DNA of 63,335 nt, filler included, from Octopus bimaculoides (Eukaryota), in assembly GCF_001194135.2 (NCBI RefSeq). It is 7 parts of 6 records of this genome, joined end to end, with 100 filler letters (N's around TTAATTAATTAA, not from the genome) between each part and the next. Parts side by side here need not be neighbours in the genome. Positions count along the whole stretch, not along the records: positions 30,727 to 45,396 come from NC_068998.1; positions 45,497 to 54,043 come from NC_068982.1; 5 more parts are not named here. One strand, given 5' to 3'. Below the pieces are notes generated by a model. That model saw nothing but the letters and a program-made list of their open reading frames with translations, was not told the origin of the DNA and made no database searches. Positions 37,721 to 52,069 of this stretch are shown here, piece by piece. The translations under genes were made by a program, and so were the position numbers. Positions within the stretch are counted from its first letter, which is position 1. Each line of letters opens with the position of its first letter.

Positions 37721-38842
37721 TCATTAGTTCTTCTTGTTATTGTAAGCTACTTGTTATAATCAAGTAAATCCATTCTGCCCAAGCGTAGTAATCTTGTATA
37801 TTTATATAACTACGACGAGAATCAAGATTGCGTCATTCAGCGACAAAAATGAGAGCAGGCATGTGAGCCAGATGCTGGACTGTATCTGTTCGTGATCGAA
37901 TGGTAATCATTCGGGTGGTCCTTCGCTGGGTGCACTAAAGGATGTATGTGTAGTCACAGTAGTCACAGTAGTCACAGTAGCCCAAATATGAGAGTAATAC
38001 CCCATGTTGGGCATTATTTGAACCTTGGAGAATGCCAGCGAATGTTAAAGTATATAAATTTTCTGGTCTTCAAGAGAAGTCCTAGTATTTGCGACATGGT
38101 TCGAGTTATATTAAGGATATACTCTTACCAGCAGCACACGCAAGTGGTAGTTCCAGGCCAGTAATTTTTGTGCCCTGCCTACGGTATAAGTTTTTCGAAA
38201 TTTTTCCTCTAACTTACCACACTCGTCAATGTACTTCCTTCAGCCGCCACTACTGTTTAACTCAAAGAATATATAAGGGTGCTGTATTAATTGGCACAAT
38301 GGTGACATCTAGAAATACGGTATGACATATTACGTGAATGAATGACATGTAAAACAAAATTTTAATCTTTTAGTCTATATTAAATTTCCCTCAAATATAG
38401 TGAAGTGTGCACACTAATGATGAAGTCAGAATAATAATGAAACATGTCCAATACCGTATCTTGCATATACATGAACAGTAGCAGATAATACTAGCAATTA
38501 ATTAACATCCATAAAGTTGGAACTTATACTTATTTTCATTAATATTCGAAAATGACCTTGCCCAAGACCAGGTCGCAGTTTGCGTGACAAAATATTTGAC
38601 ACCGTATAACAATCAATAAATGTTTAAGTGAAGATAATTAACTTTGTGTTTCTTTAAATGTCTAACATGTCTTATCCACGCTGCTGCAATTATATTATTA
38701 ATACTGTCTGCATTAAATATCTTAACACAAACTTGACTATATATTTCATTTGAAAATGGAGTCCGAGAATAATATATAATCGTTTAGCGTTTCTATTTTC
38801 CTCCTAAATTTTCTTTTCTATCTTTTAATCATTAACGTGAAA

Positions 38843-39110
38843 CCTACGCTGGGCCATAGCCTTCAAGGATTTAGTCGAACGAACTGACATAAAGACACAC
38901 GTACCCATCCACTCACGCACATACGCATGCGCGCGCACACACACACACACATATACAACGGACTCCTTTCAGTTTCCGTAAATGTAATCCACTCACAAAG
39001 AGTTGGTTCGGTACGTATAAAAGAAAAAGACACTTGCCGAAATTGCCACTGAGGCGGACCGAAACAGGAACCATCAGGTTATGAAGCAAACATCTCACCG
39101 CACAGCAACA
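38843..39110 (-). mobile_element. SINE-A, degenerate
   Basis: CAACGGACTCCTTTCAGTTTCCG...ACACTTGCCGAA...CTCACCGCACAGC resembles the reverse complement of the A head. Confidence 0.7.
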
Positions 39111-40243
39111 TCTTGTTTTTATTTATTTTATGAATGCTACGACACGACTATTGCAAATAAATTAGAGGATAGGTTTCCATATATCTCCAAGAAAGTCTTA
39201 CATATTTACCTCGAAAAATGAAAATACTATCGATTTCTTTTAATCATCCCCAGCATAGCTTTATTTCTGGTTAGCCATTTAATACTCCCTGCATTAAATA
39301 TGTTCACTTAGAACTGGACAATAATAGAATTAGATTCTCAATACTGAAATGCTGCTACAGATGGTAATAATTCAATCAATTACGGGAACTTGATGTCTTG
39401 GAGAATGAAGAAATTAAATTCCTTAATCCCTAACACCGAGAATATTGGCAAAACAAGAAGATAACTGAAAGCAGTCGACATAGAATAGTAGGAGATATTG
39501 CAGTCATCCGATGATTGTGATGGTGATGGTTCTAATGATGATGGTGACGGTGAAAAGAATGTCGATGTACAGAGTTGCGCATGCTCATTCATAAAAGTAT
39601 AATGAATATATAAACATATGTTTTCACACACACACACACACACGCACGCATTTATATATATAAATGTACGTGATGCTATATTCAATAACATTATAGAAAG
39701 GAAGTTTTCTTTTTATATTCATAGCATTTTGTGATAAAACATGTTATTATCTGTTATTATATATTTGCTTTTTTATAAACATAAATCTGTCCTCAAATAT
39801 CTTACGCACCATGTTTAAAGCGTTCAGCAAAAAGAAAAAGATACAAAAGATTCTTCTTTGGTTAATCCATAGATCGGTCCACTAAAACAAAGTAATCTAA
39901 ACCTTTAAAACGCAGACGGATTATTTCAGGATATTTTTCTGAAATTTCTCAGAAATGAAATAATTCAACTGAATTTGCAAAAACGATAACTTTTATATGT
40001 GTGTGTGTGGGTGTGGTTGTGTGTGTGTGTATGCGCATGCGTGCGTGAGTGCGTGCGTGCGTGTGTGTTTATGCGCACGTCTGTGTGTGTATGTATATAG
40101 ATGTATATACATGTATAAATATATATGTATATATATATGTATAAATATATATACATATATATGTATATATATATGTATATATGTGTATATATATATGTAT
40201 GTATATAAGTATATATATATATTTATACACACACACACACACT

Positions 40244-40337
<94 letters not shown>

Positions 40338-41189
40338 TTATATTCCTAGGTCATATTGTGTGGGATTGGTGATTAATGTAATTAATGGGATTAAGCGCAA
40401 TGTTTCGTTGTCCACCAACCAGAACACCGGAACTTTCCTTGCAATGAAATCCGGCCTAGCGGGAATCAATCAGTAAAATGAATTAAATACAATGAGAGTT
40501 ACTATCCAGAAAAATCTCGAGATTAAAACACTGGATATATTTCTTTATGAGTTATTAGTTGGTTTACATATAGACGAGTTAACCAAGAACATATTTGAAC
40601 AGACGCAAGAACAATGCTTGGTGAAGATTAGTTACCCTTATCATTATAGTGATTGCTATACATTGACTAAATATGCATGTAATAAATTTAATGTAAGTAA
40701 TTAATACCCATCCATTACTAGTAGCCTAGTGTTGAAGGTTACGTTTCGATTTCCGGACCGGGCGGCTTGTCGTGTTCTTGAGCTAAATACATCGGTGTAC
40801 GTTGCTTAAGTGCTATGTGGGGACCAGCATGTCGGAAAATAGACGCTACGTTTTTGTTCTGTGTGTCGTAAAAGGTGACTAAAAGATGTTGGGGTACGAT
40901 ATGGATTCCGAGCTCGTAAAACCATCATCAGCAACGACTACCAAAAACAGACCCATGAGTTGCAGGGATGTCGCCTGAGTCGTGCCTCATCAATCAGGAG
41001 CAGCCAATCACTAACAAACGAACTATGCAGGGATGCGCTTAAAAAAAAAACCCTGTAATATTCAGTGTAAATGTTATATGATCTATACCAGTACTTTAAC
41101 GATGCTAAATTCTATCGGCCCCATGCCGATAAAAGAAAAAGTTGCAGTATTGAATTTATAGCGCCGGAGCAAATAATGCAAACCAGCTT

Positions 41190-41440
41190 CCCGAAGTGCT
41201 AACGAATCTGCCAGATCACCGTCTTGGATATACAAAAAAAAAAAAAAGAAGAAAATGATGCTTCCTGAAATACATGCACAGGGCATGAACTTTGGGGAAG
41301 GGGGCTGTTTATTTACATCGACTCTAGTACTAAATTTGTACTTTATTTTATCGATACTGGAGGGAGGCGAGGCAAAATCGACCTCGGCAGGTTTTGAACA
41401 CACGACGTAAAAGCCAGAATAAATCCCGGAATGCATTCTT
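41190..41440 (-). mobile_element. SINE-B, degenerate
   Basis: GCACAGGGCATGAACTTTGGGG...AAAATCGACCTCGGCAGG. Confidence 0.65.
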
Positions 41441-42167
41441 ACAGGCCTTCTAAAACTACTCTCGGATGATTGCTTTAACACTAAAAAAATTGATAAGCCT
41501 AAAAGCATTGTCTTAATGCGAAGAAATTACATGTAACAATGTATGTATTCGTGGATTTTTGGAAGATAACATGGCTGAAATGAAAGTCGACATTTGAAGA
41601 TCTAAGAAATTTGATGTTCGAAATTGATGAGAAGACTTGATGTAGAAATGGTTCATCATAATGAAATTATCCTATTTCTTTTTCCCAGAGCTTTTCCTTT
41701 CATGAATTGCTGTCATTTGCATGTTAGTCACCTGATCGTTGCAAGCCAATAAAAAGAAAAAAATGTTCCAGGAAACGTTCCCTGAAAAATATTTTCTGAT
41801 TGTACACCACCTTATTATTATCTGACAGTAAAGTAAATACAAAACAAAAACAACAACAACAACAACAACAGCAACTAAAACAGGATTCATAAGATGAAAA
41901 CTGACGATATTTACAAGGTGGGCTAAAAGACACGCACCAGGATTAAACCTCACAATGTACATTGCGAATTAGAAACAAATACTGATGTTATGTTATGGTG
42001 CGTGACTTTTGTCCTATACATATGTATATATCTACGCATGCATGTATGTATGCATGTATATATGTACGTAGGGAGGGAGGGCGTTAGGTATGTATCTATT
42101 TATCTATCTGCCAATACATATATACGCAAGCACGCACACATACATACACATGTATACACGCATACAC

Positions 42168-42222
<55 letters not shown>

Positions 42223-43964
42223 ATATCAACTAGGCCAGGGATTCCCAACCTTATTATTTAAATGAGTTTTCCTACGGACAGATTTCGAATGAGCCACATT
42301 GATGCCAAAGTGAGAATGCTAACGTTGCCTGTCACCGGAAGGATATTGCATCACAGGGCTACCTATCCGAAGCTGAGTGAACTGGGGCAAAGTTTTATGT
42401 AATATTTGTGTAATTTATCCAGATTTAACACTATTTGCGGTCCAATAATTAAATAGGCCACAGAATACACGACCTTCCACTGCAAGCACATCAAGGTCCT
42501 AACGTAAGTTCAGCTTCGTCATCTGCGTTCTGTCTTGCGTAGCAGAATTCTTGTAGAAGTTCTGCGCTGCACCGGCGCAGTTCATGTAAAGGCCCTTAGT
42601 CCCTAGTCGCAGCTGCGCTGGGCGACACATGATTCCAAGATGGAAGGATGATGGAAGGATGGAATGACATGGTTGCTTGTGAGAAGGAGTCATGCTGACC
42701 AGAGTCTGCTATACAGAAATGTGCTGAAGCACGTATTTCCAACCATTTAGGTGAAACTAGAGAGAATCCGAAATAGCACATGAAGAGGTGTCACTTCTAC
42801 GTTGCGTCAAGTAATTTCACCTGCAGTATATATCATCGCTGTTCAGATCAACAGCACATCTTAGAGCCGACGTGGGATCTTATCAGGGATGATTTCTGAA
42901 CAGAACAGTCAACGTCGACCTACGGAGGACAGCCAACGTCCTTTCTATACATAAAACAATAACCCATCAAGGATAAGTTATACACCAAGAAGTAACTCTT
43001 AAGCTACGTTCGTTATTTTATAATGCATAAAATGCTCACTATTTCCGTAGCGCGCCATTGTACATTTGTAACTCGCCACACTGCTGACAAGAGCTGGTAG
43101 AAATAGCAAATGTTACTCAAATTACATTCTGCATATTAAGAAAATAGGCATATTGTTGAATGTAGTCGAAAATACTTAAAAATGCAAAATTGCTTTGGCA
43201 GCCTACTTGATCAGAATATAAATTTATAACCTGCGGGTCAGAACAGCGACAATATAACATCGTTTCCTTTAGCCATTCTTAATATTATCTTATTTTCTCT
43301 TCTTGCATTTTAGATTATAAACAACAAAATAGCGAAACAGAATTATTAAGTAGAAGAATTACTTCCGGCACGGATTAGTGCAGAATATTCTGATGATATC
43401 CAATGGGATTAAAGATGGCCTGAAGGTCTGTGGATTGAAAAGTTATACATGAGAAAATATTAGTTAAATAAAAATGAAATTCTCACGTTCGTATTTTCTT
43501 TTTGCAATTCTCATTGAGTAACTTTTAAATAGTTGTATGTAAACAGCCAATAGCAACACATGTCAAAATAAATTTAGCACTGGGCATGGACTTGTGATTA
43601 GTAAATCACCGTGACAATCGCCAGATTTCGTGTACGATCTTAATTCACAGTATCTTATGCAAATAGCCTTCTATCATAGGCTTGGCTCATTCCTACGCCA
43701 GGTCCTGAGTAGTAAAACTTAACATGTCACCCGCTTTCACATCACCATCTCATTCCGTAAACATGTAGGGAAGTTATATCTTTGACATATTGTCCGGAAT
43801 TAGGAAGAGCATGCAGTCTTCTTGTCTATTGCGCTTTGATTATATCGGCATCGTACATTAACTGGAACCACACTTCCTTATTTCATACTGGCTTACTTCT
43901 AACCGTCATGGGGCTCCTAAAACAAGGCGCATTGGCACTGTCCTCTTCCGCTTCCATCATCATT

Positions 43965-44014
<50 letters not shown>

Positions 44015-44124
44015 ATCACCTTCTTCTTCTTCTTCTTCTTCTTCTTCTGATGATGATGATGATGATCCTCTGCTGACCTATTTCCTCTCTTGTTGGCCTA
44101 CAAATGTTGTTGCTGGATCTACTA

Positions 44125-44664
44125 AGAAGGGGTTTTTTGGTCGGCTTGAGGCTAGAGTAGAAGAAACAGTTACTTAAAATGTTTTATGGGGACTGAAGAG
44201 CAAGTGACTTCTACAATAGCTTGGGGTCGGTCAAAGCCTTGTGAGTGGATTTGGTAGAATGAAACTGAAAGAAACCTATCGTACAGACGCATTCATACAT
44301 ACGCATATATTTAGATACACACATCCATTATATATATATATATATATNNNNNNNNNNNNNNNNNNNNNNNNNNNNNNNNNNNNNNNNNNNNNNNNNNNNN
44401 NNNNNNNNNNNNNNNNNNNNNNNNNNNNNNNNNNNNNNNNNNNNNNNNNNNNNNNNNNNNNNNNNNNNNNNNNNNNNNNNNNNNNNNNNNNNNNNNNNNN
44501 NNNNNNNNNNNNNNNNNNNNNNNNNNNNNNNNNNNNNNNNNNNNNNNNNNNNNNNNNNNNNNNNNNNNNNNNNNNNNNNNNNNNNNNNNNNNNNNNNNNN
44601 NNNNNNNNNNNNNNNNNNNNNNNNNNNNNNNNNNNNNNNNNNNNNNNNNNNNNNNNNNNNNNNN

Positions 44665-44730
<66 letters not shown>

Positions 44731-44741
44731 ATATATATACG

Positions 44742-44773
<32 letters not shown>

Positions 44774-45010
44774 TATCTATATTTGTATGTGTGCGTGTTT
44801 GTCCCTACCACTTTCTCACTAGCAGTATTGTAGTGTTTACGTCCCCGCAAAGAAGCGGTTTTGGCAAAAGAGACAAATAAGAAAAGTACCGGCGATAGAT
44901 AAAAAGAAATAGGTAATTTGCACGATTCCTTCGAGTAAGAATTCTTGAAGGCGGTGCTCCAGCATGACTGCACTCTAATGATTGAAACAAGCAGAAGATA
45001 AAAGATTGTA
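44125..45010 (+). mobile_element. SINE-A split by an expanded microsatellite and N gap
   Basis: Rearranged head at ~44125-44285 and tail at ~44790-45010 (GGCGGTGCTCCAGCATGACTGC...GAAACAAG). Confidence 0.65.
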
Positions 45011-45440
45011 AACTAACGACTTTAAATAGCATTGCATATTTGGAAATATGTATTGTAATTCGTTCAGAAAAGGACAGAAAGTTCTAGAGTGGATTGTGTA
45101 TGACTATAATTCAGTTTGGTCTGGTGCAAGGTGCAGTAAATATAACTTCATAACAAAAGAGGAAAAATATACTACCCTGAATAAATGTTATCCGGCGTCG
45201 GAATGTCTTGTCTACGTAAGAAGACAAGAAGCTACAAGCCGAGAGCACAAAAATGAATTTAATTTGAGACTGATATAGAAAGTAATATGGCAGCTGACTA
45301 TGCTACATCAGATAAAAATGTTTAGCTAATGATGTTACTCGCGCATGGTTGTATACGTATGTATATATGTTATATATGTATGTATGCATATATATANNNN
45401 NNNNNNNNNNNNNNNNNNNNNNNNNNNNNNNNNNNNNNNN

Positions 45441-45452
45441 TTAATTAATTAA
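45441..45452. other. Artificial assembly spacer TTAATTAATTAA
   Basis: 44N-12-44N construct. Confidence 0.95.
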
Positions 45453-46262
45453 NNNNNNNNNNNNNNNNNNNNNNNNNNNNNNNNNNNNNNNNNNNNATAT
45501 ATATATATATATATATATATATATAACCTTTGGCGACGGGGTAATTGAACCCTGATGAAGATTGATTAAATCTGAAATCAGTGCTGATATGACTCCGTTT
45601 CGCTTGTCGTAGGGAGACAGCCTGTCTCCCTTGTCAGTCGTTGGAAAAGTGCTTTCACGTAGCTAAGAGTTGTTTTGACTCTTATTTCTAAGAATGCTAG
45701 TGTTTACCACTACCGTTTGTCACATTAGCGACAACTGTACTAGTTGCCTATCACTTCTAAATTGCGAATAGCCATCTTAATAATTTATGTATATACAGGT
45801 ATGTATAACATTCTAAGTTTCATTATTTAATACGCACAGAAACACACATATACACCTATACATTGTGACAGAGATAAATACGACAGGTATGACGTATACG
45901 TGTAAGGATTAATATATCTACACAGTCACATAGTCATATATGAGTGTGTGAGCGTGTATAAGAGTCTGTGTATCTATGTGTGTTAGAGAATGTATGCATT
46001 TTGAAGATGTACATCTGAGCCGATATGATGTAGTTTTGGTGACATTCTTCCTTGATCGCGTTGTTATACATAAGCATTACGGTACAGAGTATTTACATCG
46101 CAGTACACAAATATATGATGGTATCCATTGTGTGTGTGTGTGTGTTTGTGTGTGTGAATTGTATGCTCGTGTGTGTGTGTGCGATGCGTTTCTTAAAGGT
46201 TAAATTATAATGGTGACAGATCGCATGACCGATTTATCTATCGGTCGATCGATGGATCGATC

Positions 46263-46303
<41 letters not shown>

Positions 46304-46980
46304 GTTCAAAGAGAGATAGCTAGGATAGTTAGGACCAATCAGCCTAGTAGACGTTGCGTCTATTCTTCAGTTATGGGTTCAAATCACGCTCAAGTAGATT
46401 CTTGTGCTGCAAAAATCCCGGCCGTCCGATTGCCTTCGTTGACGTTACTGTAAAGTGATCCCAGATAGATCATCGAGGAATTTTATCTAAAAGAGATTTT
46501 CTTTTTGATTTGATCAAATTAGGGACAATATCAGCAGCCCTCCAGTAATTCAATCATAACAGGGCCAACACCTCTGACCTATCCGTCGCTCAGAGTTTGG
46601 TCAGGTTGATAAAGTGCGTTGATGTTGGAACATTTGTCAGTCGACCTCCGTAGGAAAAATTTTGAGCAAGAAAAAAATCCAGACGGTTATCAGTTTAAAA
46701 AGGAACGATTGGAAATAGTGGACAGTGAGACTCAGCATGGGATAATAAGAGGAAGGAGAGAGAGTGAACGTTTATGATATGTTACTTGTCAGTTCAGAGA
46801 AGCAGAGACCGTTATAGAAGCAGTGAAGTAAAACAAAGGGAAAAGATAACACGTTTGTGGGGAAAAGGTTGTAATAAGTTGATGAGTGTTTAATTAACAT
46901 TCAAATGACTTACTTTTGAATGAAGTCAATGTGTAACAGCTATATGTATATGAATGTGTGTGTGCGTCATGTGTGTGTGT

Positions 46981-47035
<55 letters not shown>

Positions 47036-47724
47036 GTGTGTTTGTATGGTATGTGGGGGGGGGGAGTGAAATACGTCTGCTGTCTAAACCATGAAACATA
47101 CCTTGGAAAGAATATTTATATACTTATTACTAAATAAAGAATTCTCCCGAAAACTCTTCCCTGAATTGACAAGAGAGAAATCTAGTAGTCTCCGTGAATA
47201 AGTAAGGTGTCACCTGCTGTCTGATGAGTAACTTTGGAAGAATACATTTGCCACTACATGTAAGTATCTGGAAATATGGCAAACAATAATTATAATTCAA
47301 CTTTTATCAAATTTTTTGGTGTGTATATCAAATAGTAACATGAATACTAATTGCCAATAGAAAATATATTTTTTACCTTAAAATAAAATTAAAAGAAACA
47401 AATTTCTCGTTTGCATATTTAGAATAAATATGTTATTTTTCTCAATTTTTTCAAAATAATTAATTCAACTTCATCAAAAAAATTTCTGTGCAGAGTTTTA
47501 TTAAAAAATTAGAAATATCAGAAAGTTATGAGACACTCATCCTGCCCCTCTGATGTTAATTCTCTCTCTTTCTTTCTCTCTTTCTCTCACTTTCTCCCCA
47601 CCTCTCTCTCTCTCTCTTTCTATCTTACTATTCTCCCTCTCTCTCTCTATATATATATATATTACGTAAAATGTGACTGGAGAAAACAACCAAACGACAT
47701 TTATAGAGATGATAATCGAAATTT

Positions 47725-47905
47725 CTGATTTAGGCACAAGGCCAACGATTTTAAGAGGAGAGCATAAGTGGGTTAAATCGACCTCTAGTACTTAACTAGT
47801 TATTGATCCCGAAAGAATCAGAGGTATTGTTGACCTCGGCATGATTTGAAAGCAGTATGTGAATAGCCAGAAGAAATATTGCATCACATTTTGTCCGACG
47901 CAAAC
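47725..47905 (-). mobile_element. SINE-B, degenerate
   Basis: AGGCACAAGGCC...ATCGACCTC...GACCTCGGCATGATTTGAA. Confidence 0.6.
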
Positions 47906-48359
47906 CAAGCTAAATTAGCTACCATAACGTCTCAAGTTCAGTCTCTTAACCAGCAAGAAACACGATTGTAATAAATTTCTGTATTAATCGAGCTAAGTAT
48001 TTTGTTACATATCTGCAACTTTTTCAGTGACTTCCCTGAACCTCATTATTTTGCTAACGTTTAGTTCTTATAAACGGGTGGGGTGACTATGTGTATGCAT
48101 ATGTATGTATATATGCATGTATGCCTACGTATATATGTACGTGTATATATGTGTATATGAATGAATGTAGGCATGCATGTTTATGAATATGTTTTTCTTT
48201 AAGTTTAAGTTCATAAGAGAATCCAACCAAGCCGATCGTTAACAAAGCAAAACGTTTTGATTTGAAAGAGTTCTCAGTGTTTATGTGGTCGAGTTGGTAT
48301 ATTGGTTAAACTGTCGATGCACACACCCAACTGTGTGCATCTATTCATCCAAAGAATTT

Positions 48360-48960
48360 TAGATGGAGAATCTTTGGAATATCTTACAAATCGTCACTGG
48401 CTGCCAATAGATTGGATTTGGAGAATGTGCCTTAGTTTCTATTGATCTGTTTTCGAAAAATCTAGAATTTCTAGGTTTTGTGTAAATATGAAGGTACATG
48501 GCTTAATGCAACTATGACGATAAGTACAGATAAAAATTTATAGTCAAAGTATAAGAGCTGTAAGTTCCGCATTAATTCACCATAGATGTTCACATTTTTG
48601 TGTACTTTTAATGGTACATTAAAATCAGCTGAGCAGCTGGCTACTACAACAGCGCATGACTCTTTTTCCCTGTCAGTATCAGATCAATTGTGTTTGAACC
48701 GAATTGCTGTTTTTGTTGGGGTGTTCTACTAGTATTCCTTGCTTTTTAAGTTGTGAATACATTCTGGTTCTGACATGCATTTGATGTACACGTTAGAGCA
48801 ATCCTTCATGCAGATAACACTGTAAATGGTCCTTGCAACTGTATCATACCTCAGGGGTAGGTAATATCTGGTAGACATTTGGGGGCAGCTGCTGATGATG
48901 TGGGTAATATCTTTCATACTGGTATAACATAGCCGACATTTTCTATCACAAAGTGGAATG
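48360..48960 (-). mobile_element. R4/Dong-like LINE C-terminal remnant (CCHC knuckle + restriction-like endonuclease)
   Basis: Minus strand: CDRKCRLC..SMKDITHIISSCPQMSTRYYLPLRYDTVA (C-x2-C...H-x4-C), then KTAIRFKHN*SD (PD motif region), NIYGELMRNLQLLY and ...ICKIF. Stops are present. Confidence 0.75.
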
Positions 48961-49873
48961 GTGGTATGTATGTGTTAGTATTGGTGGAAGCACATATGTT
49001 TAGGCTGTGATAATGATGGTTACCATAGAAACGGGTGATTGTAGCACTATTACCAGGAGATGGAGGCGTGTAGTTGTGGAGGAGTTAGTAGCGGTGTTGT
49101 TGGTAGTGGCAGATGTGGATGTTGTTTTGGGGGGTTGCAGGTAATGGCGACTATGAGTAGGTGATTGCACTGGTGGTGGTTGTAGTTCTATATAAGAAGT
49201 AGTAGTGCTGGTCGTGTTTGTTGTTGCAGTGATTTTGTGGCCGTACTTGTGGTTAAGCTGTGGTGGTGGTGGTGGTGGTATTCTCGTCATCATTCTTAGG
49301 GTGATGGTAGTGTTAGTGGTGGTGGTAGTGGTGGTAGTTGTGCTGTAAATTTAGTAGTTAGAGTAAGAAGGGCTTCCAAATAAATACGGAACAGAACGAC
49401 AGACAAACTGCCGCACAAACAGACATACAGGCAGGCAGGCGGACAAACTGGCAGATTATACAACGGCGTTCAATTACCGTACTGGTTGCCTGGCAACAAT
49501 CACATTCGAAATTTCACACTTCCACATAATATACACTTACATTAACACCAACACGCACACAAGCACACAAATACATTAACTGACGCACATGCTCATATCA
49601 TTGCACAAATTCTCAAAGGAACACGCACGCACACTCACGCGCGCGCGTTTGCACTTACACATACACATAAGTATACAAATACATACACACATGCACACAC
49701 ACACATATATATATATACGTATGTACGTATACGTATATATGTATACGTATGTACGTATACGTATATATGTATGCACATTATATATATGTATATATCTAAT
49801 GCATATATATATATATATATGTATGTATGTATATATATATATATATACATATATATACCTATATATGTATATA

Positions 49874-49912
<39 letters not shown>

Positions 49913-50353
49913 NNNNNNNNNNNNNNNNNNNNNNNNNNNNNNNNNNNNNNNNNNNNNNNNNNNNNNNNNNNNNNNNNNNNNNNNNNNNNNNNNNNNNNNN
50001 NNNNNNNNNNNNNNNNNNNNNNNNNNNNNNNNNNNNNNNNNNNNNNNNNNNNNNNNNNNNNNNNNNNNNNNNNNNNNNNNNNNNNNNNNNNNNNNNNNNN
50101 NNNNNNNNNNNNNNNNNNNNNNNNNNNNNNNNNNNNNNNNNNNNNNNNNNNNNNNNNNNNNNNNNNNNNNNNNNNNNNNNNNNNNNNNNNNNNNNNNNNN
50201 NCCTGCGCATAAGTCATAATCACATATTTACAAACACACATACACACAACAGCAACAACACTAATGAAGCACTCTCACAGTAAAACACATACACATACTC
50301 ACACATTGCAGTTACTGACACAAACATGTATGTCTGTATGTGTGTGTGTATGG

Positions 50354-50399
<46 letters not shown>

Positions 50400-50579
50400 G
50401 TGTGTATATGTATATATATTTATGTATGCATATATGCATATATATATATGTAATATGTATATGTATGTGTGTATATATATATCTATACATATAATATACA
50501 ACACACACAAACATATTCACGGTAACACCTACACAAACACACACACGTACAAACACACACGCGCACGCACGCACACACA

Positions 50580-50621
<42 letters not shown>

Positions 50622-51299
50622 AGAACATACTTGCATACACATATACCAAAGTGTTAAAAATTGTCGGGAAATAGCCCTTTCCGATTCATTAAGTCAATTA
50701 TAATTAATCATGTGGTGCAACACTTCAGACAATTTATTATTTTATTTTATATTTTCCTTTTAAATATTTTCACAATTTTTACTTTTTTTATTTTTCAGAC
50801 GTTATATTTGTTTTATATATTTTTATAGTTGTGCTGTCTCTTCTTTTTTTATTTATATCTGTTGCTTTTGGTATTTTTAATTTGATATTTTTTTTAACTT
50901 TTTCTGCGTGTTAGTTTTGTTTTGTTTTTGTTTTATTCTTTTTTGTTTTCCTTCCTATCTCTCACAAACTCTCTTCCACTTGCCTACCCACAATGCAACG
51001 CATAAACTGTGAGCCTCTGTTGTATTGCTTAACGAGGGACGAAGTCGTAGAGGAGAAGACGCGGTGTGTGCGTGTGCTTATCATCTCTATCTATCTATCT
51101 CTCTACCTATCTATTTATCGATGTATTTATCTATCAATACATCTGTGTGTGTGTGTGTGTTTCTGTACAGAGAAAAGAAGGAAGGTAAAGGAAGGCAAAA
51201 CGATAGGAAGAAAGAGATTGGTATGGCGAAAGACAACGTGAGAGAGGGAGAGAGAGAGAGAGAGAGAGAAATTCAGCTTCAGTTTTAGAGGATTTGTCA

Positions 51300-51840
51300 G
51301 AAAAGTGAGTGTGAGGGGGAAAGGGAAAGGTAAAGGACGGGAAGAGAGAGAGAGACAATATGGTAGAGATGAGAAGAATAAATGGCAAGAGGAGAGGAAG
51401 AGAATGGAGATGAAGGAAAAGGGGAAAGCAGTGGTGAGAGGGAGAGCGGATTAGAGAGGGACGGGAGTGTGTAAGTGTTAAGAGAGGGGGATAAAGAGAA
51501 AGAAACGGATGAGAAGCATGATGAAAAGAGAGATAAAGTGATGAGAATGTAAATAGAGAGAGGGAAGTGAGAGGAGGGAGAAGGTGAAGATAAAGAGGAA
51601 GAATAAGAGGTTGTGGCCATGTTATAGAGAAAATGAAAGAGAGAGATAGGGAAAGGGAGGGGGAGTAAAGTAGGGTTTTAAGTAGAAGATATAAAGGGAA
51701 AGAGAAGCAAGTGTGAGAAACAAAGGGAAGGATAAAGTAGGAGGGAGAGAGATCGACAGAAAAAGAAGGGAGAAGGAGAGAGAGGAATTGAGGAAGGGGA
51801 GACTAGAGCAAAGAAAGGAGAAAAAAGAGAGCGAGAGAGA
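51300..51840. repeat. Polypurine (GA-rich) low-complexity tract
   Basis: The plus strand is almost entirely A/G. Confidence 0.8.
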
Positions 51841-51998
51841 TCAACTAAGATCAAGATGTAGGTATCATCAGCATAGTTTTGCTAGTGGATCCTCCGTCAC
51901 TATCAGCGATGAGCATTCATTTGTTCAACCTGAAATTGAATTCCTACCACTGAAGTTAATGATTCACTACCCTTTCTTAATTGTCCTATGTGTGTGTA

Positions 51999-52069
<71 letters not shown>

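Noticed and set aside
37968-37999. 9-bp GTAGTCACA tandem repeat (about 3 copies)
   Set aside because: Short slippage repeat with no supporting context.
42457-42503. Plus-strand candidate exon (ATEYTTFHCKHIKVL) ending at GTAAGT
   Set aside because: The acceptor lacks a pyrimidine tract and the peptide is not recognisable.
43390-43420. CTGATGA-ATCC/GGAT hairpin
   Set aside because: GAAA is replaced by TAAA and stems I and III are absent.
43780-43960. Possible RTE C-terminal remnant on the minus strand
   Set aside because: Similarity is too faint to support without a search.
47221-47250. CTGATGAG core-like word
   Set aside because: No stem II or GAAA downstream.
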